Notes under the pieces: generated by a model
Seen by the model: the letters and a program-made list of their open reading frames with translations, nothing else
Databases searched by the model: none
What the model was told of the DNA's origin: nothing
In this document: positions 24,937-36,700 of the stretch, one piece after another
Layout: each line of letters starts with the position of its first letter
How positions within the stretch are numbered: the stretch's first letter is position 1
Program-made: the position numbers and the translations under genes
DNA from: Utricularia gibba
Taxonomy: Eukaryota; Plantae; Magnoliophyta
Length of the DNA: 64,000 nt
Direction of reading: 5' to 3'
NCBI GenBank assembly: GCA_002189035.1
Contig: NEEC01000008.1
Span: forward strand, 930,001-994,000

Positions 24937-25271
24937 CCTGTAACAGTGTTCGAAATTCGGAAAAATTCAAAAATGTAAAAACATGACGTAATTTATTTTG
25001 AAGTTAAAAGGTTAGTCCATTAGTCACATGCCATAACAATAGATTTTTTTTTGGTATCCTAAAAGCAGAATCTTCGTGTTCCATTTAAAACCGCTCCTTT
25101 CGAGTCTGAGACTGACCTGGGGCTGAGAATCACAACTCTTTGCTTTCTCCTATCCATAGAGGTATCTGGTTCCCAGTACTCAGACGCCACTATCTCAGAG
25201 TGTTGCCTCCTTTTGATGCCCTTTAAATTCTGAAGCTTATCCAGCGGTTTCTGCAGGACACGGGTGTGAAG

Positions 25272-25727
25272 ATGAGCAGACACGGGCATAGAGAGGCACT
25301 CTTCTTTGATGGTGATCTTCGCTCGTTTGATGAGTTCTTTGAACGCCCCAAGGGAACACATCGAGTTCCCAGCATGATGCCATGGCTCAACGACATGGGC
25401 CTCGTCCAACAGAATCATCACCAACACTACGCTACAGAGGTTGTGAAGCAAGCTTACATGGCTGAATATCACGGTCATCAGCACCGTGCCCCTGAGGTGG
25501 ACCAGGAAGTTCACAGGGCAGCACATCACAATTATCATCGCCGTGCCCCTGAGGCTGTAAAGAGTGTTCACTTGGCTGAAGATCACAAGTATGCTGATGC
25601 CAAACGTGGTGGCGAACCAGACGTTCAAATGGAGAAGGGCAAACCGATTGATACCCAAGCTGATGGATTCATCCGGGAGAAGCACAGGAGCTTCGAGCTC
25701 AGCAAGTGGGATACCTTCAAGATGTAG
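25272..25727 (+). CDS. Uncharacterised His-rich single-exon protein (151 aa)
   Basis: ATG at 25272 just after a ttctgcag acceptor. Internal repeat HQHRAPEV/HRRAPEA. The C-terminal IDTQADGFIREKHRSFELSKWDTFKM looks like a conserved plant motif. Confidence 0.6.
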   Translation: MSRHGHREALFFDGDLRSFDEFFERPKGTHRVPSMMPWLNDMGLVQQNHHQHYATEVVKQAYMAEYHGHQHRAPEVDQEVHRAAHHNYHRRAPEAVKSVHLAEDHKYADAKRGGEPDVQMEKGKPIDTQADGFIREKHRSFELSKWDTFKM

Positions 25728-26166
25728 CGGTAAGCTGGAGCTTTACTAGACAGGCTTATATTGTAATCTAGTAAGCAATAAACGTCTGTCACTTTGGTTT
25801 ATCATGACCATGCACTGCATCCTTTGGGTGCATGCAAATGCTACCCCGTATCCCTTTATCATCTGTCTTCTTCATGGTCCTGGTTTCAGTGTTCATAACA
25901 AGATATCAACATCCAATCCATCCAAATCCAAAAAGAGAAATTTGAGAATCAAAATTGAGCTGATCACTTGATAATCATGGCTCAAGCCAGCTCCATTCAA
26001 CATGATCAAATGTGTCCACAGAAAAATATAATAAACGAGCTCTGTAAACCTCCATGGATCCGGCAATAGTTTCTCTGGCCTGCAGCTTTATTCCGGATGA
26101 GTACAGTTTTACAACTCTTTTATCCGGATGTCTAATTTAAAATGTATATGCCATAGCGGCATGCCC

Positions 26167-28026
26167 TCATGTAGCCCGGCCAAAAAGTTTGGAAATATCA
26201 CGGTGCTTACGAATGTGTTCCGGGCACTTGAACAACAAGTCTCTAGCTTCATGGTGCCTACCTTCTTTGAAGAAGGAGGTAAGCACATGTGCATAGGATG
26301 AAACACTTGGATATGTCTTCGTAGCCAATGCAGATAAGAACTCCCAAGCATCATCCACTGACCCGAATTTAGAAATGTATTGAACAAAGGGCTCTGGGAA
26401 GGGTGGGAGATTCTGTCTTCTCATCATGCGAAACAGATCCATAGCTTCTTCAAGTTTCCTCTCATTCAGGAGCTCCTTAATCAGATTCTTGTAAGTTGCT
26501 TGCCAAGGCCTTAAACGAACTTTCTGCACCAACTCAACCAGAAGTTTAAATGCATCTAGAGTTCGTGATCGGCGCAAAAGGCCATTTATTAGAACATCCA
26601 ACAGATCAGAATCTGGATCTAAACCACTCTCCATCATCTTAGTGAAATAAAGCACTGCCTTGTGAGTCTCATTTGCTTCAAAGTGCCAATTTATCAAAAT
26701 GGTCCAGGTCTTAATATCAGGCTTACATCCTTGTTCTACCATTACATCCAGAACGTTAGCTGCTTCATCAAGCCTACCAGCTTTACAGAGGCCAAATATC
26801 AATTGGCTGTACGTGATGTTATCAGGTTCAAACCCAGCATTTCTCATGGTTTCCACAATCTCCTCCGCTTCGTGAAACTTCCCAACACTAGTCAAAGACC
26901 GATGAATACCGTCATAGACATTCTTTGTCATAGGATTCCCAGCTTCCTCATATTTCTTAACAACCCTGTACACCAATTCAAGATCTTGATTACCATATGT
27001 TCCAAGAGCACCCAAAAGATAATTGCATTCATTCACCGAGGGCTTATGCGAAGCATCCATAATGTGTTCAAACAGTTTCACAGCATCCTCCAACATTATA
27101 CTCTTCTGCAGCTGCCGAGATACTTTCACATACGTATCAACATCCAACTCAAAACCAGAAGCCTTCATATCCTCAACCACATTCCAGAACTCGGTAATCG
27201 TCTCTTTCCAACAAAGAACCCTCAAAGCACCATTATATGTGACACTATTGTGCTTGAAACCTAAACACTCGTCAACCCACTTGAAAAATCTATAAGCTTT
27301 CGCAGAGTACCCTATCCCTCGAAGCTCATTCATTACCCTCAACATGAAATTATCTGAAACCATTAGTTTCAAGTCGAACAACGTTCTCTCGAGCTTTTCT
27401 CCCCATTCAGACTCTTTTATCATATGAACTACTTCCTTCACCCTATCATCCACGGCATTTTCTTCAATCAGTCTTGAGTAGAAATGCTTCAAAGCTGTGG
27501 CCTCATTTTGCATCTTGAGGTGCCGAAAAGTAGAGAAAATTGTTCTGTAAGTCTGCTCGTCGAGGTGGTATCCCTTTTCCTTCATTTCTTTGATTGCCAT
27601 CCAAAACTCCTTTAGCGAATCCTTGGTACAATAAATCCTGAGCATCAAGCTATAAATGGAAGAACTTGGCTCAAACCCATTCTTCTCCACAGCCCATTTC
27701 AAGAACCCTCCAGCCTTGATCGGTTCTTTGCTCAGTTTCTTCAGCACATACATGGCGGACTCATGGGTCACCCCCAACTTAAGTTCTTCCAAATTCTGAG
27801 GCCAATCGTTAGATGAAAATACCTCGAGCACAGAATCAGCATTAGATGAAAAAAAGAGCCCTTGATTATAGGCGCTGCATTTGATTGTAAACGGGAATCT
27901 GTACAGGGGAGAATGGGGGAAACGCAGCAAACGAGTTGCCTGAAAATGAATAGAGCGACATCCTGGTGAATGAAACACGAGCGTAGCCATTTCGCCGGAC
28001 GTAAGAAGCGCCCATCCCCGTCTCAT
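26167..28026 (-). CDS. BIR6: P-class PPR protein, mitochondrial, BIR6 (At3g48250)-like, 619 aa, intronless
   Basis: Tandem PPR motifs; VYDGIHRSLTSVG, EPDNITYSQLIFGLCKAGRL, PDIKTWTILI, CPEHIRKHRDISKLFG. Confidence 0.9.
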   Translation of the reverse strand: MRRGWALLTSGEMATLVFHSPGCRSIHFQATRLLRFPHSPLYRFPFTIKCSAYNQGLFFSSNADSVLEVFSSNDWPQNLEELKLGVTHESAMYVLKKLSKEPIKAGGFLKWAVEKNGFEPSSSIYSLMLRIYCTKDSLKEFWMAIKEMKEKGYHLDEQTYRTIFSTFRHLKMQNEATALKHFYSRLIEENAVDDRVKEVVHMIKESEWGEKLERTLFDLKLMVSDNFMLRVMNELRGIGYSAKAYRFFKWVDECLGFKHNSVTYNGALRVLCWKETITEFWNVVEDMKASGFELDVDTYVKVSRQLQKSIMLEDAVKLFEHIMDASHKPSVNECNYLLGALGTYGNQDLELVYRVVKKYEEAGNPMTKNVYDGIHRSLTSVGKFHEAEEIVETMRNAGFEPDNITYSQLIFGLCKAGRLDEAANVLDVMVEQGCKPDIKTWTILINWHFEANETHKAVLYFTKMMESGLDPDSDLLDVLINGLLRRSRTLDAFKLLVELVQKVRLRPWQATYKNLIKELLNERKLEEAMDLFRMMRRQNLPPFPEPFVQYISKFGSVDDAWEFLSALATKTYPSVSSYAHVLTSFFKEGRHHEARDLLFKCPEHIRKHRDISKLFGRAT

Positions 28027-28137
28027 GGCGGCGCGGTGCTCGGTACGGTATTTCGAGGGGAAGAATTTTCACAGGGTTTATCGGTTTCGGTTCATCCGGG
28101 TCCTGACCCTAGAATGGCAAAGGTAACTGTTCATTGA

Positions 28138-28143
28138 CACGTG
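28138..28143. promoter_or_regulatory. G-box/ABRE-type element (GACACGTGG) upstream of the PPR gene; a second CACGTG lies at 29334-29339 upstream of LNK2
   Basis: Exact CACGTG hexamers. Function is not demonstrable from sequence. Confidence 0.3.
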
Positions 28144-29612
28144 GAAACCTTTAATTGGTCGAGGTCCTGCGCATCTAAACGCACCCTCGCCGTGATACGG
28201 GTGCTCTCATCCGTTTCCGCCTATCAAAAATTCCCCTTGTACGGCGACCTTTGCCGGCGGTGCATCATCGGAAACACCGCATGTTCGCGTTTCAATATCG
28301 GAGCCTCCATTGTTTGACCTAGCCAAGATCGGAGGTTTTTTACTCGACGGGCGAGAGGTAGTAGCGGCGGAGGTTTCATTCAAGGATGGATTACAACGAA
28401 TCAGATGACCAAAGGTTTCAGCAGGATCAAAGATGGGCTCGATGATCTCGCCCTCGACATTCCAAATCCCAAAGATCAGTTCACATATTACGTCCAGCAT
28501 GCAAGAAATCCATCCTCCAGCTGATCGTGGCTTCTCTATGCTTTGGAGGCTTGTCTCCATTTCTTGCGTATTAGCCACTCTGTATCTCCGAGGTCATCTC
28601 TGGACCCTTGTTCTGCGATGCCCCCGTCTCAAGATGCACAGTTTTTTTTTTTTTTTTTTCTGGAAACTGGCGTATGGTTCAACTCCTCTACAAGAATTGT
28701 TGTCTTCTTCGTGTACCGGATCCTCCGTACGCCATCAGTGGGCTGAGTCACGCCACTCGATGCTTCATTTCATTGTCAATGGACATCCCCTTGCAGTGAT
28801 TCTCTGCCCATGGTAATATGATGGAAGAAGACAGAGAAAACAAAGATAAACCAGACAGTGCAGCATTGTGGCCACGAGGTCTGATCTGAGTGACCGTCAC
28901 TGGTTTTGGTGTGCAGATCCGTCGGCTTAAAACTAATCACAGCCAGCAAAGCTAATTGCCGTCGAGGACCGTTGGCATACCTGAGGAGCGCAGAGCTTCG
29001 AATAGAAGCGCGAGAGGAATTACAAGTAGCGCCGTCCTTGAATCAGCACGTCTCGAAGATTATAGAATTCACGGCACCGGATCCGACGGCCGGCGAGGAC
29101 TTTTCCGGGGATACGGATCCAGATCAAATCAGGGCATAACTTGCTTGCACGTTTTAAGCATCCTTTTTTTTTTTACTTTTTTGTGTCAGTCTGATCCAGG
29201 AAAGGGTATTCAAGTACTTTCACTAGAAAATTGGTGGTTGCAGCAACCAATGAGAAAGCAGGGATAGATGCGTGGCACCTCAGCCACAAAGGGGCGCAGG
29301 AGTGATGAATTCTCGACCACAAAACAGATCACTCACGTGAAAGGGGTCCCGCGAGCTCTTCCACTTTGCGTCGTTCATTTTTCGCATCTTTGCAAGATCT
29401 CTCTGCTTCGATCTCTAGATTCATACCAATTTTCGGCTAAATATTTCTCATTTCGTGATGGGTCTCATTGGATGAAGCTGCTGCTTGGCTGCGATTTCGC
29501 GGGGGTGTTTGAGTTTGGGAGAAGTATTTGCCATGTTTGGATTAAGCTCGTGCCGATACTTGTGCTGCCAGTTTGGGTTTTTGGGTTCAAGGGCTTTCTT
29601 TTTAACTTAGAA

Positions 29613-32600
29613 ATGTTTGATTGGGACGACGAAGAGGTACCTCTCTCTCTTATGTCGTTGACTTGTTCTTTGCCTGCTTTGTATGTTCTGTTGCTGGGTT
29701 TGGAAGTAAGGAATTTAATAGTTTTTGGAAAGTAGAAATGGCGGATCTGGCATTTTTCTAGTTCCCGTGAAAGTTTTTGTTTTGTGCCCTTAGTAATATA
29801 ATCTCGAGGATTGGGAAATATAGGACTGTTTAAAGATGAGTGTTGTTTTTTAATTTTTTTTCTGAAAACAATGACTTCAAATGTGCAAAAAGAATCAAGG
29901 ATACAGATGTTATTGATGTAGCTAAAGGAATAGAGAAGGCAAGAGATGAATGCAGAGGCTTCTAACATGCTCCTTAGGATACAGTTTTGATGTTTGTTCT
30001 GGATTATGCATTCTCACATCGCTATCTTACTTTGTTCATCATTTAGTTGGCGAGCATCATATGGGGTGAGGATTGGGAGGGGAATATCTGTAATGATCCA
30101 TTTTCTGATCAAATTCAAGATCTTTATAAGAAGGGAACCAATGAGCAAGCATCAGGTACTGTCAGAGCTGGAGTGAAGAAACCTAATAGTAAGTCTGAGC
30201 ATGGGGTGAAGTTAGGTAGAGTTTCTGTGTATGATGTTGGTGAGAGTGCTTTCGGTCCTGATTCATGGCTTTCTTCTGCTGATCCGTCGCCACCAAATGC
30301 TGCAAAAGTTGATCAGAATTCCTTGTGCATTGATGAATTTGACTACTTAAGACAAGGTTGAAAGAACAGTTTTGTTTGATTTGAAACTAACGTACTGATC
30401 GTACTTCAACCTTGTTTAATCATTGTGTCTTGTCTTTATTTCTTCTACAGATGATGGATTCGATAAAAATTCTGAAATATTTGAAAAGCCTGATGAGGAA
30501 GAAGGAGACACTGTTTTGTGTGGATGGGAAAATATCGGAAGCTTTGAGGATTTGGATAGGATGTTTAGGTGATCTAGCATTTATTAGTACCTCTGTATCT
30601 CTCTCTCTCCTTTTTGGCATTACCATCTGACAATGGGCATACTGCAGTGACAGTGACACAATGTTTGGAGACATGGCAGACTCAAATGCTGGTGCGATAT
30701 GGCCATCCTCCAAGGATTTAACCGATGCTCCTCTTAAAAGTACTTCCTTGGCTGGCGATTCATATGAGCAATCTGATATAACAGATCACAATGTGCCATA
30801 TCCCAGGCATTCTTCTTCTGGCTATTATGAAATAAATGATGCCAAATATGAAGCTCCAGACAATGTACAGGCAAGCACAGATATCCTTGAACATTCTGGA
30901 GGTAAAAATAACCTATTAGGGAGAGAAAAGGTACAATGAGTAATTTATACGTGCTCTCTGGTGGTTCTTCTCTCTTTTCTCTGACTTCAGGAGGTTTGGC
31001 CAAGATGTCCTCATGATGTGTGCTTGATTTTTATTTTCTAATTTTTGGTCTTTCGTGACCTCTTATCAGACTTTTGTGACTGAAGGAAGTATCCAAGGAT
31101 CCCATAAGCCGCTGAATCAAGGAGCTGCTGCAAATCATAATGGTACTCAGGACAAAGTAATTTTCTATGATTCCCCTGAAATAAATTTTATTGTAGCTTA
31201 GAGTAACTGTTCCAGTGGTGAACGAGCCAAGTTCATGCTATGATGGCCCATTTATCTTGCTTCTCATTAAATTCATTATAATGTTGCAATTTGATAGGCT
31301 GGCGAAGTTATCCCTTTTTTTTCTTCCACTATAGAAAACTTCTTGCTCTCGTTCATTTTGTGTGTTCAGGGTAACCGACAAAGTAGATTTAAAAATCATT
31401 TCGTGCCTTCAATGCTCAACCCATCTTTGGAATTTGATCAACAAATCCATCGCTTCATAATTCTCAGGATTTTCTACTAAAGCAACCCTCTAGTGTACAT
31501 CTGTCTCCTCCTTGTGACGGTAGCATCATGAACTACTATGCTGGCCCCGCTGACCTGTTATCCTCTGGTTATGAGGCTCCTCCTATCAATGCAACTTCTT
31601 CCAGGATATCAGAGGATGCTCCTGCAAAAGCCCCTTCAATGACACCCAGAGAAAAGATTGAAAAACTTCGAAGAAGGCAGAAAATGAGGGCAATTCTTGC
31701 CATTCAGAAGCAGCAGATGCATTCTAACAGTCAGGGTTCAGTTTCTGAGAACTTCAGCACAGAAGGAGGAAAAGTTGCAGCTGTTCGAAGTGTTAGCAAT
31801 TTTCCCATCCATGACACAAGCTCATTGACAGAAAAGAATGATCCAGGAGCTGTTGGCATGGCTATGGGCAATTGCTCGGTGGAGGAATCCATATTGTACC
31901 GGCTTCAGGAAACAGTTGCTAAGGTTAGTCCCGGATCCACTGGAGAATGTAGACGGTTTTATGATTTTATGGAGAACTGATGGACAAAATTGACTACTCT
32001 ACAGTTGGACATGCGGCTAAGACTCAGTATTCGGGATAGTTTGTTTCGACTAGCGAATAGTGCAAGGCAAAGGCAATATCCCAATGATACAAACAGTACC
32101 TGTGCCAACAGTAGGAATGAAACCTGCAGCAACAAAGACATGATCAGGAATCAGCGGTTAGTCATTTACATGCTCTATTTTCTTGGTTCACTATCTTGGC
32201 TTTGATCTGCTCCTGTCAAAACACTAAACTGCATTTTTTTCAAAAACAAATGTCAGCCATCAGTGATGTATTGTCTCTAATTTATGTATTTTTAGATGTA
32301 TTTCTGAGTATGGGCAAGTGAAGAGCAATTTCTTAAGAATTTGAGCGAATTCATGTTAAAGATTGTATTTTTTTCAGAGAGGCTTTTTTCGTGGTATTTA
32401 ATTTGAAGCATATTATAAAACTCATAATTTAGTTTTTTCACATGATCATGTTGTTGACATGTGATTAAAATTATGAAGATATCTGTCAAACATTGATATT
32501 CATAGGGTGGTCTGACATGTAGCTCACCTATATGTTTGGCCTCGATATTTGCATTAGGAGCATTCTTAGCATTCTGTTCCGAGTTTGATTCATGTCCATG

Positions 32601-32966
32601 TGAAGGACCGATTTTTATGCACATTTTCTTGAGTAGTAACGCCTTACCCTCTAATGTTTGCTCAGGCTTACTAAGGTGACTGCTAAGGAGACTGAAACCA
32701 ATCCAATCGATCGAACTGTGGCACGCATGCTTTTCCACGTTGACTTGTCTGGGAAACTAGCTGAAACATCTGAATCACCTTCATCGAAAAGCATAGCAAA
32801 TGCACGCTTCATACCAGATGTGTCCGAAAGCAGTCAGTTGACATTTTCCAATGGAATGAAAACTTCTAGCATATTCTCCAGTGAAAACCAGTCTGGAAGC
32901 ACTACCATTTATCAAGGGGGCGTGGAGATGGAATCCAAAACGTTCAAGAAAGAAGTATGCAAATAA
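29613..32966 (+). CDS. LNK2: NIGHT LIGHT-INDUCIBLE AND CLOCK-REGULATED 2-like (multi-exon; last exon uncertain)
   Basis: MFDWDDEE/LASIIWGE, GWENIGSFEDLDRMF, MTPREKIEKLRRRQKM, LDMRLRLSIRDSLFRLANSARQR, ETETNPIDRTVARMLFH. Confidence 0.87.
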
Positions 32967-33701
32967 TTAATCCCTGTGTCTGTTGACTTTTCATTCCTCC
33001 CATTCCTTTATGCATATACTCATTGCATGACTTCTGCACCATTGATCAGGGCTGGTATTCACTACCACCATGGGGTCAGCATAACCATTCTCCACTGAAA
33101 TGAAGGTAGTTAACCATTCTCCACGGGGAACTTATCTAGCTTGCTTGCTTTTATGTTTCGTCTGTCTGTGTGAGGTCCGTATGGAGCTCTTCGTTGTCGA
33201 GCATGCGTGCTCCTTTGAATTTTTTATGATGCTTTGATGTTGCCTAGACTCCATCAGAATAAAGGTGGTTGCATGACTTGTTGTTGTAAGCTGAAGACTT
33301 TCATTCAGACCTGTGTATCAGCAACACTGGGAACAGCTTCCCCTGTTGTTGCTGCTGCTGCTGTTGTTATGTGTGCCTTGTTAGAGATTTCTGATCATCG
33401 CTGTGTGTTGCTTATCACTACAGTTATGGAGAAGATTGGAATGGGAATCATAATGATATTATGTTTGGTTGGTAAAGTTAAATATACTTTTCATTTTTAT
33501 TAATATTTAATTTATAAATTTTGATAAATAAATTATAGTTTGAATTCGAGGCTCAAGCAAAATATATTTCTTTTTTTATAGTAAAAAATATATAATATTT
33601 TTAAAATTATTAATTAATTTAAAAAGCTATTAAAATATCTCCAAAAATAAAACAAAGCCACCGGTAGAACTCTTTCTCTCTCAATTCCGAATCCCTAAAC
33701 A

Positions 33702-36700
33702 ATGTCGACGGACGCCGAGCCACCGCCGGATCACAAGCTCTGCGGTTATCTACGCGCTGTGGTCGCCGTTGCCGGAGAATCCGACATTGCCGCGAACTCT
33801 ATCTGCTTTTTGACTGGAAACCCTCCTGACATTTATTTCGCTGCGGGAAACGACGTCCGCTTGGTCCCAAACGACATGCCTCGTTCTGTTGATGCAAAGG
33901 CGGGGGCTTCTATGAAAAACCCGCAGAAGCTAATGGGGATGGTGCATGGATCAATTAGTGTGGTGCATCAATTGTACGAACTTGTGAAGCATAAATGCGT
34001 GAGAATTGTGGCGCGTATCGTGAATATTTTAACTCGGGAAGGGAGGATGTGGGCAGAAGCATGGAAGTGAGGGTCGTGGTTTTGGTGGATGTGTACTTGC
34101 CGATCGCTGTTTGGTCTGGGTGGCAGTTCCCGCGGTCAAGAGCTGTTGCTGCGTCGCTTTTCAGACACTTGAGGTGTGCTTTCAAAAATAATTTAGCATT
34201 TCGAGTCATTCCTGTCTTTCTGTAGTTTTTCAAAAGGGCGCCATAGCGGCATAGGGAACAAACGTTGCCTCTCTGCCACTGCTTCTCTTTATTGAATTTT
34301 CTGCCATTGACTGAATAGATTTGGGATCGGATGAATGATATGCTTTTGAAAGATTTATGGGATATGTTGGAAAATTTGTTCAGTATGAAATGTATTCGTC
34401 TTTCATTGTTTTTTCTATGAGGATTTTTTTGAATATATCATGCTTCACACCGTGTATGTACAGCTTTCAAGTAGTTTATTCTGTAGACGTAGTTGTGGTA
34501 TACTTTCTCTGTTATATCATTATTCATTATTGGTGTTGGCGGTATCTACTTTGATTGCAGCTGTGATTGGGGATCAAGAAACCTGTTTTTGCAATCTTTG
34601 AAGTTGGATCAGGATGATCATTATTACGTTTGGAATGTGGCAGACTGTCATACGCTTGGTTGTGGAAGACATTGTAGTCTGCGTGCCAATTCTATGAAAA
34701 AAAAGCCTTTTGAACTACAGGAAATTTTTAAGAGTTTATCTTGTATGACAAAGGTCTTAAATTGTGATGATTCTAGTCTAAAAGCTATGGACATGTCATT
34801 GGGATTTGGTATATGCAATCTTTCAGATGACATAATGATGAATATTCTTGCTATGCTAAGGCCGTTTGATCTGGTTCAAGCATCATTAACTTGTCGCCAT
34901 ATGAAGAACTTGGCATCATCCATCATACCATGTATGAAACTCAAACTGTACCCCCATCAGTTGGCTGCTGTTAAATGGATGTTGCAACGTGAAAAAGAAC
35001 AGCCGATTCTAAGACATCCTCTATACATGGCTTTCAAAACTGAAGAAGGATTTGAGTTTAACATTAATATGGTTTCTGGTGATATTGTCCCTGGTTTAGT
35101 TCCATCACTTCGGGATTTTCGTGGGGGGCTGTTCTGTGATGAGCCTGGGTTGGGAAAGACCATTACTGCCCTGTCATTAATTTTAAAGAGGCAAGGAACA
35201 GTAGCACAACCCCCTGATGGTACACAAGTTATCTGGTATGTGAATGAAGAGGGCCGCAGGTGTGGGTATTATGAAATGAGTTCAGAAATGGCAACCAAAG
35301 GTAATGCGTTAAAACTCAACCATATCAGCGGTAAGAAAGTTTCCCGAGGAAAATTTTCACTTCATGTGCTCACACCAAACAGAAATTGTGATGAAAAAAT
35401 TCGAGATTATAGCAAACTAAAAAAATCCAGTACGCCCTTGCATTCAACACCTGCTGCTGTAGAGATGAAGAGAAGGCGATTGTACAACACAAGGAAAAAT
35501 CTTCTGGATTCATTTGAAGGGCCATCTCTGAATTCTGAGATGTGCTTGGAGGATGAGAAGCTTATCCTAAAGGAACCGACACCTAAATTTGTGGGAAAGC
35601 AAGATGGTTTCTCTTATGGTGGATCATTCAGTAAAAAGAGGGACAGGTATTCGGTGACACATGATTTTGAATCTAATGAGAATTGGGTTCAATGTGATGC
35701 TTGTAGGAAGTGGCGGAAGGTTGCAGATGGCCATGTACAAGATACTTCCGTTGCATGGTTTTGTCGTATGAACAAGAACCCTTCCTACCAAAGTTGTGAT
35801 GCTCCAGAAGAATTATGGGATCATAGTGAAGCTATTACATACCTACCTGGTTTCCATACCAAGGATTCTCCTGGTGGTCAGGAGGAAAATATATCTTTTT
35901 TTGTCAGTGTGCTGAAGGAACACTGTGCATTGATGAGTTCAGAGACTAAGGAAGCCCTAACTTGGCTTGCTAAACTTTCACCGAGTAAGCTTGACGAAAT
36001 GGAAACAATTGGACTAAAAAGCCCGATTGTGGGAACCTCCTTATTTGATTCTAGAGTTTCTCGTGCTTATCACAAAATATTTTCTGCATTTGGCCTTACA
36101 AAGAAAATTTTTAAGGCTACTTTGAGGTGGTACTACCCTCCAGGTCTTCTAAACCTATCCTTTGACCTGGATGCCCTTAGGATTGCCCTTTGTGAACCAT
36201 TTGACTCAGTTAGGATGTATTTGTCCAGCGCAACATTGATTGTTGTTCCTGCAAATCTTGTTGACCATTGGAAAACGCAGATTGAAAGGCACGTAAATAC
36301 TCCTCAGTTGAGAGTATACGTATGGAGTGATCAAAAGAAAAAGCCTTCTGCACCTAATCTGGCTTGGGATTATGACATTGTAATAACTACCTTCAATCGC
36401 TTAAGTTCAGAATGGAGCCCCCAGAAACGAAGTGTTTTGATGCAAGTTCACTGGTTGAGACTGATGCTGGACGAGGGGCATACTCTAGGCTCAAGTCTCA
36501 GTTTGACTAACAAATTGCAAATGGCAATTTCATTGGCTGCTGAATGCCGGTGGTTGTTGACAGGTACTCCAACTCCCAATACTCCTAGTAGTCAGGTTTC
36601 TTACCTGCAACCAATGTTGAAGTTCCTGAAAGAAGAGGTCTATGGCCTACACCAGAAATCGTGGGAAGCAGGTATTCTAAAGCCGTATGAGGCAGAGATA

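Noticed and set aside
26662-27295. Plus-strand ORFs of 200 and 90 aa
   Set aside because: Antisense shadows of the PPR coding region with no protein-like motifs.
31370-31480. Apparent frameshift in LNK2
   Set aside because: An acceptor at 31467 (TTCTCAG/GAT) joins in phase 0 and removes the conflict.
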